A stretch of 63,755 bases of DNA, filler included, from Conidiobolus incongruus B7586 (Eukaryota), in assembly GCA_000697335.1 (NCBI GenBank). It is 18 parts of 18 records of this genome, joined end to end, with 100 filler letters (N's around TTAATTAATTAA, not from the genome) between each part and the next. Parts side by side here need not be neighbours in the genome. Positions count along the whole stretch, not along the records: positions 34,668 to 43,187 come from JNEM01000302.1; positions 43,288 to 52,266 come from JNEM01000303.1; 16 more parts are not named here. One strand, written 5' to 3'. The notes under the pieces are model-generated. The model was not told where the DNA came from, did no database searches, and worked only from the letters and a program-made list of their open reading frames with translations. Of this stretch, positions 37,790-51,919 are shown one piece after another. Made by a program: the position numbers and the translations under genes. Numbering within the stretch: the stretch's first letter is position 1; each line of letters starts with the position of its first letter.

Positions 37790-38494
37790 ATGCCGAAGCG
37801 TGATATCAGCTATTATTTAAAATTGGGATTATTTTACTTTCAAACTGTATTTTTAGAAATGTTATTCCCTTTGATTATTTATATCGCTTTGAAAGGTATA
37901 ATTGGTGACATTCAAGCAACTCTATTGATGCCAATTTCCAATGGTATTTCAATAATCATCACTCTAATAGTATTTAGGAAAATTGAGGGTTTGTCTATAG
38001 TCATCTTTTTAGTATATCTCTTGGGCAGTATTTTGACATGGTTATTGAAGGATGCATTATTTTCTCAGATAGCGGGTGCTGGACTAAATATATTACTAGG
38101 TCTCGCATTTTTAATCACACAGTGGTGTGCTCCAAAACCTCTCACATTCTACTTTGGCAGGCCTTGGTTCACCAAGAATCAGGTAGAATTGATAGAAGTT
38201 TGGAATGATCGTTGGTTAAACCCCAAATTTCAACGACAATTAAGTATCAATTCTTATATGTGGGGATTTGGATTCATTATATTGGGTATTATTAGCTTAA
38301 TATTGTTATACATACTAGATTTAAATACTTCTGTAACCATCATTTTTATTTTAAATATTTTGCAATTAATAATTAATGGATTGATTACTTATTATTATTC
38401 TGTATATTGTCAGAGGGTTCAAGCGAATCAATTGGAGTTTGTCCAAAATGAACTCAAAATTGAATCAAATAAAACTGAAATAGTTGTTGTATAA
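37790..38494 (+). CDS. Multi-pass membrane protein, VC0807-like family (paralog 1), 234 aa, intronless
   Basis: About six hydrophobic segments and motifs PLIIY, PKPLTFYFGRPWF, WNDRW..PKFQ, YMWGFGF, which resemble the VC0807 family (recognised from memory). First ATG is at 37790; the track's 37775 start is TTG. Confidence 0.8.
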   Translation: MPKRDISYYLKLGLFYFQTVFLEMLFPLIIYIALKGIIGDIQATLLMPISNGISIIITLIVFRKIEGLSIVIFLVYLLGSILTWLLKDALFSQIAGAGLNILLGLAFLITQWCAPKPLTFYFGRPWFTKNQVELIEVWNDRWLNPKFQRQLSINSYMWGFGFIILGIISLILLYILDLNTSVTIIFILNILQLIINGLITYYYSVYCQRVQANQLEFVQNELKIESNKTEIVVV

Positions 38495-39526
38495 TAAATC
38501 ATTATATTTAATTTACATATTATTCCTTTACTTTATTCATTTCAAGGTTATTTTTATTAAGTTGATTCCAAACAAAGTAATAAATATAGTTTTTAAAATT
38601 ATTCAAACTGATCTTCATAGACAGTTGGATAAATAAACTCTTTAAGAATTTAGTGAAGGAGGATGTCTTTTAAAACAATATTTTATATCTAGGTATTATA
38701 ATAGCCAAATATCAGGTATATTTTGCCTTTATAGTAATATAAAATAACATAGTTATCGCTTAAACTTTTTGTTCATTATTTTTAAGTAAAATTCATAAAA
38801 ATCAAAATTATGTAAAATATTAAATTTAATTTCTTAAAATGGACAAAAAATTATTTGATAAATCAAATATTTTCTCATAAATATTACTAGTAAAATAACG
38901 GATTTAAACGATTAATATTAAATTTTATATTAATAATGAATATTATCAACTTTTAGTTTTTTGTATAATTATTCAATATAATCGATAAAGATTATTAGTT
39001 TATTATTTAAACCATCTATAAATATTTTTGTATATGAATTTGAAATTCCTCAAGAAGATTATTAATCTTAAATTACCAACTTTATATTTGAATATTGTGA
39101 CAATTTAAGCATTTACTTCACTATTCCATTAACTGTATAAAGAAATCAAATCGAGATAATAAAGGTTAAAATTAATATGATGATTAAACAAACTGAACCG
39201 TTGTTGATTATTATAGCTTGCTTTTCTTGGCATTAAAATCGCGGTTTAAGGATTAAATAAAATTCATAATTATATCCAATTAATTTTTTACATAATCAAG
39301 TAGAAATATTATTCAGTTTTGAGCAAATATATTGAAAAAAAAGTCTAGAGGAGCTGAGGATGGAACTATAATAAATTAAAATTTTTTTTAATTTTTTTAA
39401 ATCAATTGGAGTTTTCATTTTATATTAAAGTGTTAAATTTTATTAAATATATTTAAAAGTATGAATTTTATTCCAATTTTATAATTGGATGGAACATAAA
39501 AGCTAAATTTAATATAAGAAATTCCT

Positions 39527-40225
39527 TTAGACTTGAGTCATTTGATCAATTATTTCTATCTTAGTCTCTTGTTCCACAGCAAGTTTAGCCTCTCTTCTCT
39601 GCCATACTTTAGCATAGATATAAGTGAAAGCTCCCATTGAGGCCAAACTTACTAGAGTAATAACCAAGACCAAAAGTGCAGCTAAATCCAAATCTATTAT
39701 AAATAATAAGACCAGACTAATAATACCCACTAAAATAAATCCAATTCCCCAAACATATGAATTCCATTTAACTTCAGTTCTAAAATTTTGACCTCCCCAT
39801 CTTCCATTCCACCAAATAATTTTCTCGGGCTGATTCTTAGTGAACCAAGGACGGCCAAAATAAAAAGCAAGAGGTTTGGGAGCCCACCACTCAGTGACTA
39901 AAAATCCAATGCCAATTACAATATTTAATGCTGCATTTGCAACTTGACTCCAGAGTGCATCTTTTAATATCCAACTAGCGATCGCTCCAAAGAAGTAGAT
40001 AAAGAAAATAATCACTGATAAAATTTCTACAATTCGATACAAAATCAAAGTAAGGATGATTGAGACTACATTTGGTATTGGCATATATAGAGTAGCTTGA
40101 ACATCACCAACACTACCTTTGAGCGCGAGGTAAATGATTAATGGTAAAAAAATTTCCAGTCCAACCTGTTGGAAGTAAAAGAGAGTCAACTTTAAGTAAT
40201 ATTTAGCACGATTACCCGAATTCAT
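39527..40225 (-). CDS. Multi-pass membrane protein, VC0807-like family (paralog 2), 232 aa, intronless
   Basis: Roughly half-identical by eye to 37790-38494 (YYLKL.LFYFQ, PKPL.FYFGRPWFTKNQ, WN.RW, NSY.WG.GFI). Convergent orientation. Confidence 0.8.
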   Translation of the reverse strand: MNSGNRAKYYLKLTLFYFQQVGLEIFLPLIIYLALKGSVGDVQATLYMPIPNVVSIILTLILYRIVEILSVIIFFIYFFGAIASWILKDALWSQVANAALNIVIGIGFLVTEWWAPKPLAFYFGRPWFTKNQPEKIIWWNGRWGGQNFRTEVKWNSYVWGIGFILVGIISLVLLFIIDLDLAALLVLVITLVSLASMGAFTYIYAKVWQRREAKLAVEQETKIEIIDQMTQV

Positions 40226-42469
40226 TAACGATAGTTAGCACTAGGAAGATAAAAGGATAAAATAATTTATAATAAATATGTTATATAATATGAATTGATT
40301 AAATTAATTATCTGATGAATTTTAATGTTTGCCAAACATATTTATACCCTTCAAAATGCAAAATTCCTGTGATTCGCAAATTTAATTAGATTGGGTGTAA
40401 ACTATAATAATAAATAAAAATTATTTGATAGCTGTGTATGAAACACTGATACAATAAATTGGAATTTCAAAAAAAAATATTGACAAATAGATTTAATCAA
40501 AGATCAATATTTGATACTAATATAAGTACCTTATGCTATTGAGTAAGATTATATGGTATTTACGTTATAATAATCTATTTAGAATATAACATACATATAA
40601 TAAAGGAATAATTACTTTTAAAGTTTATTCGGTTTAAGTGATAACAATTTATTCAGATTTAAATCCAATGAGAAAATGTTAAAATTTTATAAATATAACA
40701 AGTTAATTAAATTCTATATAATTACTAAAATAGTCGATTAATTTTGGATCATATTAAATTTTTGAGATTTTTGAGAAAAAAAATTGGAAAAATGATAATT
40801 TTATAATAGATTATAAATAAATTAATTAGTCAATAGAATTATATATATATATATATATATATTTAATTAAAAAATTTTCATAATTCAATATCAAAATTTG
40901 AGTTAAAATAAAATTAATAATTTATTATCAAATATTTCATTATTATCTGAATTATTTTTCACATTTTTTAAAAATAGTAATATCTTAATTAGAATTATTA
41001 ATATCCATTGAACGACGCATTATATATTTGAAATTTTGTTATGGCAATTCATTAAGGATTTGTAATCTACAAACATTAATCTTTTTGTTTTATAAGAATA
41101 TAATATAATATAAATAATGAAACTGTATAAAAAACTTGATAAGGCTAGTGTAATAGACTTAATATTCATGATCTATTGGCTATATATTTATCTTACTTCT
41201 GGCGATCAGAAGATTTCTTTGTTTAAAAACCTAATTTCAAATTTCAGCACCATTCATATTCTGGGTAATCAATTTATCAATCCTTTGGCTATTTGATTGT
41301 CATCTGAAAATCTGCAAGGTATAATATTTATGATATATAATTGTATTATTTACAGAAAAGTTTGATTCTTAAACAGAATTAATACTCAATTTGCCGTAAT
41401 AATTTCACCCAATTTTCATAATTAGAGTATTTATGTAAAAATATTTATTTTAAATATTCAACAAAATATTACCTCAGATGAACATGTAAGAATAAGTTGA
41501 TATATATAAAATATTCTTATAATGCTCTGATTATATGTTCATTATTCGTTAATATATATAACCTTACATTTTATTTTAGCAAATTATTTTCACTATCTAT
41601 TAATTTCTTTTCAAAATATTTGCAAAATTCATCCAAATTTATTATTATTATTATAAAAATTCAAATTATATTTCAGGAATCTTGGCAGCAATTTAGTCTT
41701 GACTAGAGTTCATTATTTATACGGAAAATAATTCTGGATATTTGATGTGTTGTCAGTTTACTATATTTAATATATTGAAATTTATGAAATTTGTTAATTT
41801 AATTCTGATTTAAAAATAAACTTAAAAATTAATTTGATTCTTTAGGTTATGAATCAAAGACTATAATAATATTAATATCACAATACGATTGATAATCTAT
41901 ATTGATCATATTATTTATATTCACCTGATTGATTAATGCCGAAATATATTATGAGGTATCAAAAATATTTTATTCAAGGTTTACTTATATACTAAAGTTA
42001 ATATTCACTTAATCTGTAAATATACTACCTATTTATGTGGCAAAATTCATTTTAAAACAGTTGATTAACGATTATTTTTTCAGATGTTTCATAAACATAA
42101 AAGTTATATATACTTTGAAATTTTGTTGATCAGTGTAAAACAACTAATATTTAGTTTTACCATGTATTTTTTATTGGGATTTTACTAGATATCATTTGAT
42201 TCTTGAAAGATATGAAATCATTAATTTATACAATTAAACTGTTTTTTAATCCTATATTTAAATTTTAAAAAATAATCAATACTTCAATAATTTAATATCT
42301 TTCATCATTTTTCTAATATTAATATTTTAAATTTTCAAAATAGCAGTTATTAACTACATTGAGAAATTATAAAAACACATTTAATATTAAATTATAATAT
42401 TAGTATATTGATTTTTTAAAGATAATTTTGGAATAATGAAAATTCATAAATAATTATCTTTAAATATAG

Positions 42470-43187
42470 AAATTAAATAATATCAAATTTTTTAATTTCT
42501 GATTTTTCAGATATATTATTAGATTTGAAAGATTATTTAAATATAAATTATATAGGAAAATAAATTTTTCCAAATTATATATATATTTAACTATAATTAA
42601 TTTTTTATTAAAATATTTTAATTTTAAAATATATAGTTAAATTCAATTATATTTAAACTAAATAATGATTATCAAAAGGCTTTTATATTTATATCCTTAA
42701 AATTTAACTATAGACCCACTGAAATCATTTTAAACTTGCAAACCACTTATAAAAATGAGTTTTTATCCATAATTACAATATATCACTAAATTTATCATTT
42801 TAAAGCTAGAAAAAATACTAGTTAAAATTTATCAAAATTTAAAAATTAATTATTATTATCAATTTTTCATTAACTAATAAAATAAGAAAATATATTAATA
42901 AACACCTTTTTATTTTTAATTAAAAATTACTAATATAATATAATATTAATTATATAAGCATATTATATATACTTAAATTTAATCTTAAATTTAATAATAA
43001 TAATATAAAATAAATATCTTATAATTTGATAAAAACTTATATAAAAATTAAAATAATAAAAGTTATATTAAATTTATAATGATATAATTAAAAGTAAATG
43101 TTTTTATAATAAATATTTATAATTAAAAAATATTAAATTTTTTCATAAAATCTTTTACTTAAAAATTAAAAAAAATGTTAAATTAAA
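42470..43187 (+). mobile_element. Degenerate mariner copy B4 (5' half, more diverged, cut by gap)
   Basis: AAATTTTTTAATTTCTGATTTTTCAGATAT terminus and AAATAATGATTATCAAAAG...ACTATAGACCCACTGAAATCATT match B1-B3. Confidence 0.75.
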
Positions 43188-44933
43188 NNNNNNNNNNNNN
43201 NNNNNNNNNNNNNNNNNNNNNNNNNNNNNNNTTAATTAATTAANNNNNNNNNNNNNNNNNNNNNNNNNNNNNNNNNNNNNNNNNNNNCTTAGTTTTTATA
43301 TTATAATACCACTTTTACTATATACTAAATAATAATTTAGAGGTTGTCAAAAACTTATAAAAATTAAGTTTTATATTTTGACTGAAAAAAATGATAAATA
43401 TAGATAATATATATTCATATTATCCTAAATATTATATGCTGATTAATAAATATTAATTCCAGTATATAAAAGTAAGACGAATAAAAAATATTATAATAAC
43501 AAATAAAAATACATATAAGATGAAAATCCGAATAACTATAATAAACATCATAAAAATTATTTGAAAATATATTATTATTAATATTAAATATTAGTAATAT
43601 AGCATTCAATTAATTATTAGTGGGAAAAGAAAATTTCTATAAGAAAATATATTTTAAATATTTAATAATTGTTGTTTTTGATTTGAATAAGGAATATTTA
43701 ATTAAAAACATTTATATTTCATATTAGCAACTTTATTTAAAAAGCTACAATTATCAGAGCTTTGTATATATCAAATTTGACTGTAATCTCTTTATTTATT
43801 AGTAATATTAAAAATGTATCTTTATAAATACGACACTATAGATAACTAAAAAGTTTTATTTGTGAAAATAATTTATGTTTCGAAAGACTAATTAAAAAAT
43901 ATTAATATAACTACTAAAATTATAAAACTCTAAAAAAAGAATAAAAAATAAAAAAAATTACAACAAATAAAATATTCTTTGATAAATATTTACTATTAAA
44001 ATGATTTATTTTTAAATAAAAATTCTAAATTCATGAACTTGATTTTTAGACCATAACGTTATAATGATTTAAATCATTAAAAAAATTTAATAGTAAAAAT
44101 TAATTTTTAGCAAATATATTTAAATTATTTATTTAGTACTTTTGAGAAGATTCAAAATATATTATTACAATAATATACTTATATAGCAATATATAATATA
44201 TCAGGGATTATAAATGTTTAATATTATTTTCACTGAAAATATTAAAAACAAATTAGATAAAGTCAAATTATAAATAACAATCTACAATAATTAAAATTGA
44301 GATCTTTCAAACTAAAATTGTTGAATAATAATTATAATGAAATATATATTAACAATACGCATTAGTTTTAATTAACTTTTAAGTAATTATTCATTATTTT
44401 TGCTTTTTATAAAAATTCAATTCTTTAATCTTAGAATATAGCTTTATATCTTGTTATCAAAATAAATATTCTATAAAACTATATAATGTATATGAAATTA
44501 TTATATAGTTTAGCTTTAATGTAGCAACAAATTAGCATAAAATAATATCTATATTAATTGAATACCTTCATATTTCAAAATAATCCAATAGAATTTGGCT
44601 TGTTTATAAAGTAATCTTGAATAAAAACAATATGAAAGAATATAAATATATTATATTGAATAACTAAAACAACTAAAAAATTGATTCTATTTGTTTTAGG
44701 CATATAAGAAATATAAATTTTGCTATTTAATCATTTTTCAGACATCAGTTCATTAATAGTCTAAAATTATGAGCAAAACAATAAAAAATAATTGAAAATG
44801 ATTAATAATTAATGTTAACAATCCCATAAAGTTAAATAACAATATTAATGAAATATAATTGAATTAATAAAAGGTCCAAGATTTCAATTAAATTGAATTA
44901 ATTGAATAAAATAAAAATAATAATTTAAAAATA

Positions 44934-45535
<602 letters not shown>

Positions 45536-47167
45536 TACTTTATTATTCTTGTATTATAATAAAGTTCTTTCTTGGTATTAGTACTTTGTTCACGTTTCAT
45601 AACATTCCTCTTTATACTAACTTTAGTATTTATTTATTGTTTTACTGAAATATCACTTTGAATTTTTTTCTATATTAATCAAAATATTTGATAAGTATTG
45701 GTATTATCAATAACAATTCATATTAATGAATTTATTTAACCAAAATCAATCTCATTTATATTTTCAAAATGTACTTCACAAATAATATACCAATATTTCT
45801 ATTTATTTTAATTTATATTAGTGGACTTTCTCATACTATTACATTTTTATTAAATATTGCACAAATGTTGGTATTAATGAAATTTTAAAAACATGACCAT
45901 ACCCATTACAATGGAAGATAAATATACTTTTCATCTTTGTTTTCCTTAAGATAGTATTAATTTTAATCGATAGTTAATAAACTAACTTTATTCAATTTTT
46001 GTCTCAAATAAATACATAATATTTCATTTTAATTAAAATCAATTTTTATAAGTTTCAAATTTTAAATTCGTTTTAATAAAATATAATTAGTATTTTGGAT
46101 ATAGACATGAATAATTTATATAGTTAACAAATATTACTGTAATAAAAATAAATTAATTTTTTTTGAATGTTCAGAATTTATGTCTTATTTTTTAAGTTAA
46201 TTACGATATTTATTAATAATTAATAGTTAATAGTCGCTCCTAAGTGTAATAATATTTCTATTGGAATTTTATTCGTAATTTATGAAAGGAAATCAACCAA
46301 TAACTAGATCATATACATACAAATTCAATTTTAGCTAAATATACTATATATAATATATGGTAAAAAGAGTATCGATCTCAATTCAGAGTTATTTATTGAT
46401 AATAATTAGTGTGTGCTTATTATTCTATGTTAGATATTAAAATTAATTTTACATTCATAGTTTTTTATATGATTAATCATTCACTCGAAAATCTATTAAA
46501 ATAGGAAATTTTTCTTCAAAAGGAAAGAAAACTTTTAATAGTTCATATTTAGTTATTAATTTAGTAATTTTGATAACAAAATCTTGTCTTGAATAATCAT
46601 TATTTTAAATTTTGAATAATTTCAATTATTTTTTTAGTATTTAAGTAGTATAATTATTAATAGAATATAATTTTAGTGATATAAAATTTATCATGTGACA
46701 TCATCTTTAAAATGATTTCACTTTAATTCGATATATTCATCAACTAAATAACTATTCTAAAATTCAAAAATATTTAAATTAATAATGATTAATCCATCCA
46801 AATCTTTTGAAATCATCTTTTGAATTAATAAAAATTTAATCAAGATTGAAATTAACAAAATTAATCCATTTAAATCTTTTTAAATCAGCTTATCAATCTA
46901 GTTAAAATTTAAACTGGACCAAATTTGACAGATAATTTATAAGATTAGTAATATTTTATGTTGATGAGATTGAAGTTTATCCTACTTTTAAATACAGGAA
47001 TTTTATCTGTTCTAATTTAATAAGTGAAAATAACATATGATTTCCGAAAGTAGTAGTTGGTTTTTCTTGTTCAAATTGAATTGAATTGAAAATCAGAGTA
47101 TAAAAAAGGCTGGAGTTCTTGCACAATTGATTATCAATCAAATCAATCTGTTATTCATTATATCAAC

Positions 47168-48439
47168 ATGAGCAATTCAATCAGCCAACCCCAAACCTAC
47201 AACAAGTTAAAGGAATTATTACAAGTGAACCACAACGCTTTTAAGATCACTTATAATCCTTTTTACTTTTCTAATCATTTGGTCCATGCTTTGTGTTCCC
47301 TATATTTTAATGGAGGTAATTAAATTTTATATTATTAATTTTAGTCTATACTAATGTGACTGTGCTTTAGCATCTCCTAAGCAATTAGAAGATTTTTTCA
47401 ATTTTTATACCAATAAATTGGAGAAATTACCAGAGCCCAAATTTGAAATTGATCATAATAATTGGTTGGAATATTTGGGCCAAAGAGAGTAAGTAAATAT
47501 AAGTTCAATCAAATATCATAAATTAACAACTTTGATTTTAGTAATTATGCCGAGTATTTGAAATTCTTCCAAAAAGAAGTCAATGAGTTAGGAATGATCC
47601 CAGCTCTAAAGAAATACTTACCTAGACTGATTCCTGGATTGGCAGGAGCAGCTCTCCATCCTCTTATTCACCTGGGATATGCTATAGAATTTGACCTTCC
47701 TCACGTTGCTGCAGAAGGATTGGCTTATGCATGTACTTTCTACTTTCAAATTGGTGAATTGATTGATAATTTACCTGCTTCTAATGAATCTAAATCTATT
47801 TCTGAGCTGTTAGCTGTAGCTTCATCACTTGATGTATCCTTTTTGAGAGGTGAAAAGTTATCTGTCAAAATCAATCTTCTTGTTGAAAAGTATGGTCATT
47901 TATTACCCGAATTAATCTCAAAATGGAAATTGACCGAAGATCCAGATAATATTCAAGAAAAAGCAAATGAATTAACTAGAGAGAGCATTAGATTGTATGC
48001 CGACTCAACTCATCACAATCAATTTGACTTCTTTTTACTTCATCAAGTGACTGGCAATCATGCTGTAAGAGTGCTTTTACCCATTTTGTCACCTGATCAG
48101 CAAATTCGCCTTCTCAGAATCAACTTGGTCACCTACTTCGTCCTGTTTTTAGTTATGGGAGCTCCTTCGCTCGAACGAAGCAGAATCTTGAGCTACAAGT
48201 CCAACACCCTCAATGAAGTAAACAACTGGAAGGAACTCTTGCATAAGTCTACCTATCATAAGGACGAGCATTTAATCAAAGTGATTCGAAACATCTATCA
48301 ATTTGACAGTGAATATGGAACAGATGAAGAACATTTATATTTCTTCAAAGCAGCCATCAAGACCTGGGACTCGATGCAGCAAGACGGAGATTGGTTCTTT
48401 AACGGAATTGGTTTCTTCCAAAGAAATTCCAATTTATAA
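47168..48439 (+). CDS. Questin oxidase-like (DUF4243 / AflY-HypA family) protein 1, 387 aa, 3 exons
   Basis: Exons 47168-47315, 47371-47488, 47542-48439 (GT-AG, in frame). Motifs NHLVH, LHPLIHLGYAIE, AEGLA, DFFLLHQVTGNHA, DEHLIK. Confidence 0.9.
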
Positions 48440-50658
48440 TTTCGATCTATAACTGATTTAAGATATAAAACAATTTATTGATAGCTTTATTTGAATTTAT
48501 ATTAAACAACGTTACACATGAAAAATTGAAAATATTATTTGAGTATTATTTCAATAATATATTGTTTAAGGAAATTTTTTTAAACATTTGAAGTTTTTAT
48601 AATAATTAAATTTTTCACTATTTGGCTTATCATTTAATGATTTATAACTTCAATTTAGGATTTTTCGCTGAAATATAAATAATTATATTTATTTGAACCA
48701 ATTTTATACTTTGATGATTATATAATTCAATGATATTTATACCATAAAAAATTGAAAATTAGGGCTTAAAGTAGCGTAGTTGGATTTGGCTAAGACTTTC
48801 AATTTAATAAGTATATTGATGATAAAAAATTGATATACTATTGGTAAAATATTTATTATATATAACGCATTGACATATCAAAAAATATTTCATTTATCAA
48901 TATAGTTCATATAATAAAAAAATACTTTAAGAATATTTGAATACTAGTTTTATATTTATCAATACATTATATTATAATTTATTAACTTATTTTTACAATT
49001 AAATTGTATATAAAATTTTCACTAACGAAAATATCATTCACATTTAAATTGTAGAATAAAATTTAAAATTTAATAAATATATAAATTAATTATATAGAAT
49101 ATAAATAATTATATTCTTTTCCAATTAAATTATCATCCTTTTTTTAAATAAAATATTGTAAAAAATGGTGTTTTTATAGTTGACATAAATTCTAAGACAT
49201 CTTATCAAATAAAATTATCAAAAATGCAATTTTAAATTTGGTATAAGTATTTGAAAGAATCTGAATGACTATAGTCAAATATTTTTACACTGTATACATT
49301 AATTATTATAAAAGATGTGATTTAATAAATTATAAATTATTTTACCTTAAAACTATATTGTTACAAGTATATAAAAATATATGTGCAATAATTTGATCAA
49401 ATATGATATTGTAAACATAGCATGATAGATTGAATATAAATTATATATATATATTTATCGCTAGTCGATATATAATTTTGAAATTTGGTATAAATACTAG
49501 AGCTGATTGTTGAATAAGTCAAATTTTATAATAGATTATAATGTTTTAATATCTTAAGATATTTTACATACACACTCAAAAAATTTAATATTATAGTTCA
49601 TTCATATCATGTAAAATATATAGTTTTAATTTATGTAAAAATGGTTTTGATACAAAAATTGGGAAAAATACACATCTTTGTTTATCATGATTCATAATTT
49701 CACTCTATAGAGAAGATTGAATAAATATTTATCTATTGAAACATGGTGATTTTAATTTAAAATAGTATGTCACTTTTAATGTTGAAATCAATTACTCCAA
49801 AAACTCATCATAAGTTTTAATATTCATTCTATTCTAATAAAAATTGAGTAATAACTTTATGAATTGTTATTGAATATAATTTAATAAATATCATACGATT
49901 AAATATTGATTGTGTAAACCCATCCTTACTACTTCAAGGAAGCTTCAAAAATGAATATTTGTACCACTTTCAAATATTGATGAATAAAAAGGGTTAAAAA
50001 AATACATTCAAATAGTTTCAAATTATCAAGTTGATTTTTCATCCATTTTGTGATATTTCAGATGCATTTCCTTGAAATTTTTATATTGTTATAACGAATG
50101 ATATTATTGTTGTGTCTTATAATAAGTTTTGTAAAAAAAGATGGCTGTTAGAAAACTGCTTGTAATATGATATAGTAAATTATTTATTATTCCTTCTCTT
50201 TAACATATTGGGACTGTATGTCTTAAAGTTTACTTTTGAGATATTGTAGCAGAATATTTAAAAAAAATTGGAAACTCTTCTTTCCTTAGCACTTTTGGGT
50301 TTAAATAATTCATTCAATGAGTGACATATAGAATTTGGATAAATTTAAATAAAAGGAGCTAAAGGACATTATTTGATTATGGACCAACAAATCCACAATA
50401 AATGAAGGGTGATATAGACTTAACTATCAATCAAGATGCACGGGTATTTTTGAAATACAACATAGCTCCAATTTTATATATAATCCCTTAATATAATTGA
50501 TTCAATTCATCCAATAAAATGGAAAAATTTTTATTGAATTGATAAAATTTAATATTTTAATGTGATGTCACAAAATGATGAGTTTCGGAGATTTATTTAA
50601 ATAACAGTCATATATATATATGATGGTTTTTAAATATGTAAAATATTATTTTTGAAAG

Positions 50659-51919
50659 ATGAATTCTTTAATCCAGCTTAATACATTAAAGAAGCTCAAA
50701 GAATTGCTTCAGGAAAATCATGATAATTTTAAAATAACGTATTCTACCCATTATACAAATCATTTGGTTCATGGATTGTGTTCTTTGTATTATTGCGGAG
50801 GTACATATTAGTATAATATTATATTCTCTATTTAATATTATATTATTAGCTTCTGCTGATCAATTACAAGAATTTTATAATTATTATGTTACTAAACTGG
50901 AGCCTTTACCAAAACCCGAATTTCAAATTACTAGAGATACTTGGAAGAATTACTTTAGGAAAACAAGGTACACGGATATCTGATAATATATATGTTTATT
51001 TAAGTCTAATAATTGTAGAAAATATCCAGAATATATGCACTTTTTCCAGAGTGAAATTGATAAATATGGAATGATTTCAACGATGCAGACTTTTTTACCA
51101 ACATTAATACCTGGACTAGCAGCTTGTGCTCTACATGCACTAATTCATATTGGTTATGCTATCGAATTTGATTTACCTCAGGTTATGGCAGAAGGTTTGG
51201 CTAAAGCATGCGTGTATTATCTACCTACTGGTGAAATTATTAATCAATTTTCCAGTAGTACCAAGTATAAATCTATATCTGAGATAATCAACCAAGTATC
51301 AATTTTCAATGTATCTAATTGGAAAGATGAGATTGAAGTTGTAAGTAGACTGAAGGAAATTGGACAGCTATACAGTAACGAATTATCTGAATTACTATCT
51401 CAATGGCAAATAATAAAAGATGAACAATGTATTCAACAACGCTTGGATGAATTAACCAGCGAAAGTATTCGATGTTATGCAGATTCCACATGCAACGACC
51501 AATTTGACTTCTTTTTATTACATCAAGTTACTGCTAACCATTCGGTTAGAATGATATGTCCCTTGTTGGAGCCAGACGACCAAATCCGACTCCTTCAACT
51601 CAATTTAGCCACCTTAATTATACTATATTTAGCCCAAGGGAAACCCCTTCTTAATCGCAACAAAATACTAAATTATCAATCTTCATCACTGGAAAAGTTT
51701 AAAAATTGGAGCGATTTATTACACCAATTAACTACATTTCACAAAGATGAGCACTTAATTAAAGTAATAAGAAATATCTATCAATTTGATCTACATACTA
51801 ACTTTAAAAATACGGATTATTATCTCAAAGTTGCTATTATGTCTTGGGATAGTTTACAAAATAATGGTGATTGGAGTCCGATAGCTATAGGATTTTATCA
51901 AAATAAATCATGCTTATAA
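50659..51919 (+). CDS. Questin oxidase-like (DUF4243) protein 2, 386 aa, 3 exons
   Basis: Exons 50659-50800, 50850-50967, 51019-51919, with the same intron positions and phases as paralog 1. Motifs NHLVH, LHALIHIGYAIE, DFFLLHQVTANH, DEHLIK. Confidence 0.88.

Noticed and set aside
41160..42090. Several GT...AG intron-like segments suggesting a spliced gene
   Set aside because: No consistent open spliced frame or recognisable protein could be assembled.
32924..43609. ORFs 32924-33142, 41497-41706, 43415-43609
   Set aside because: Low-complexity AT-driven ORFs without motifs.
50771..51074. ORFs 50771-50983 and 50886-51074
   Set aside because: Partial read-throughs of exon 2 and introns of questin oxidase 2.
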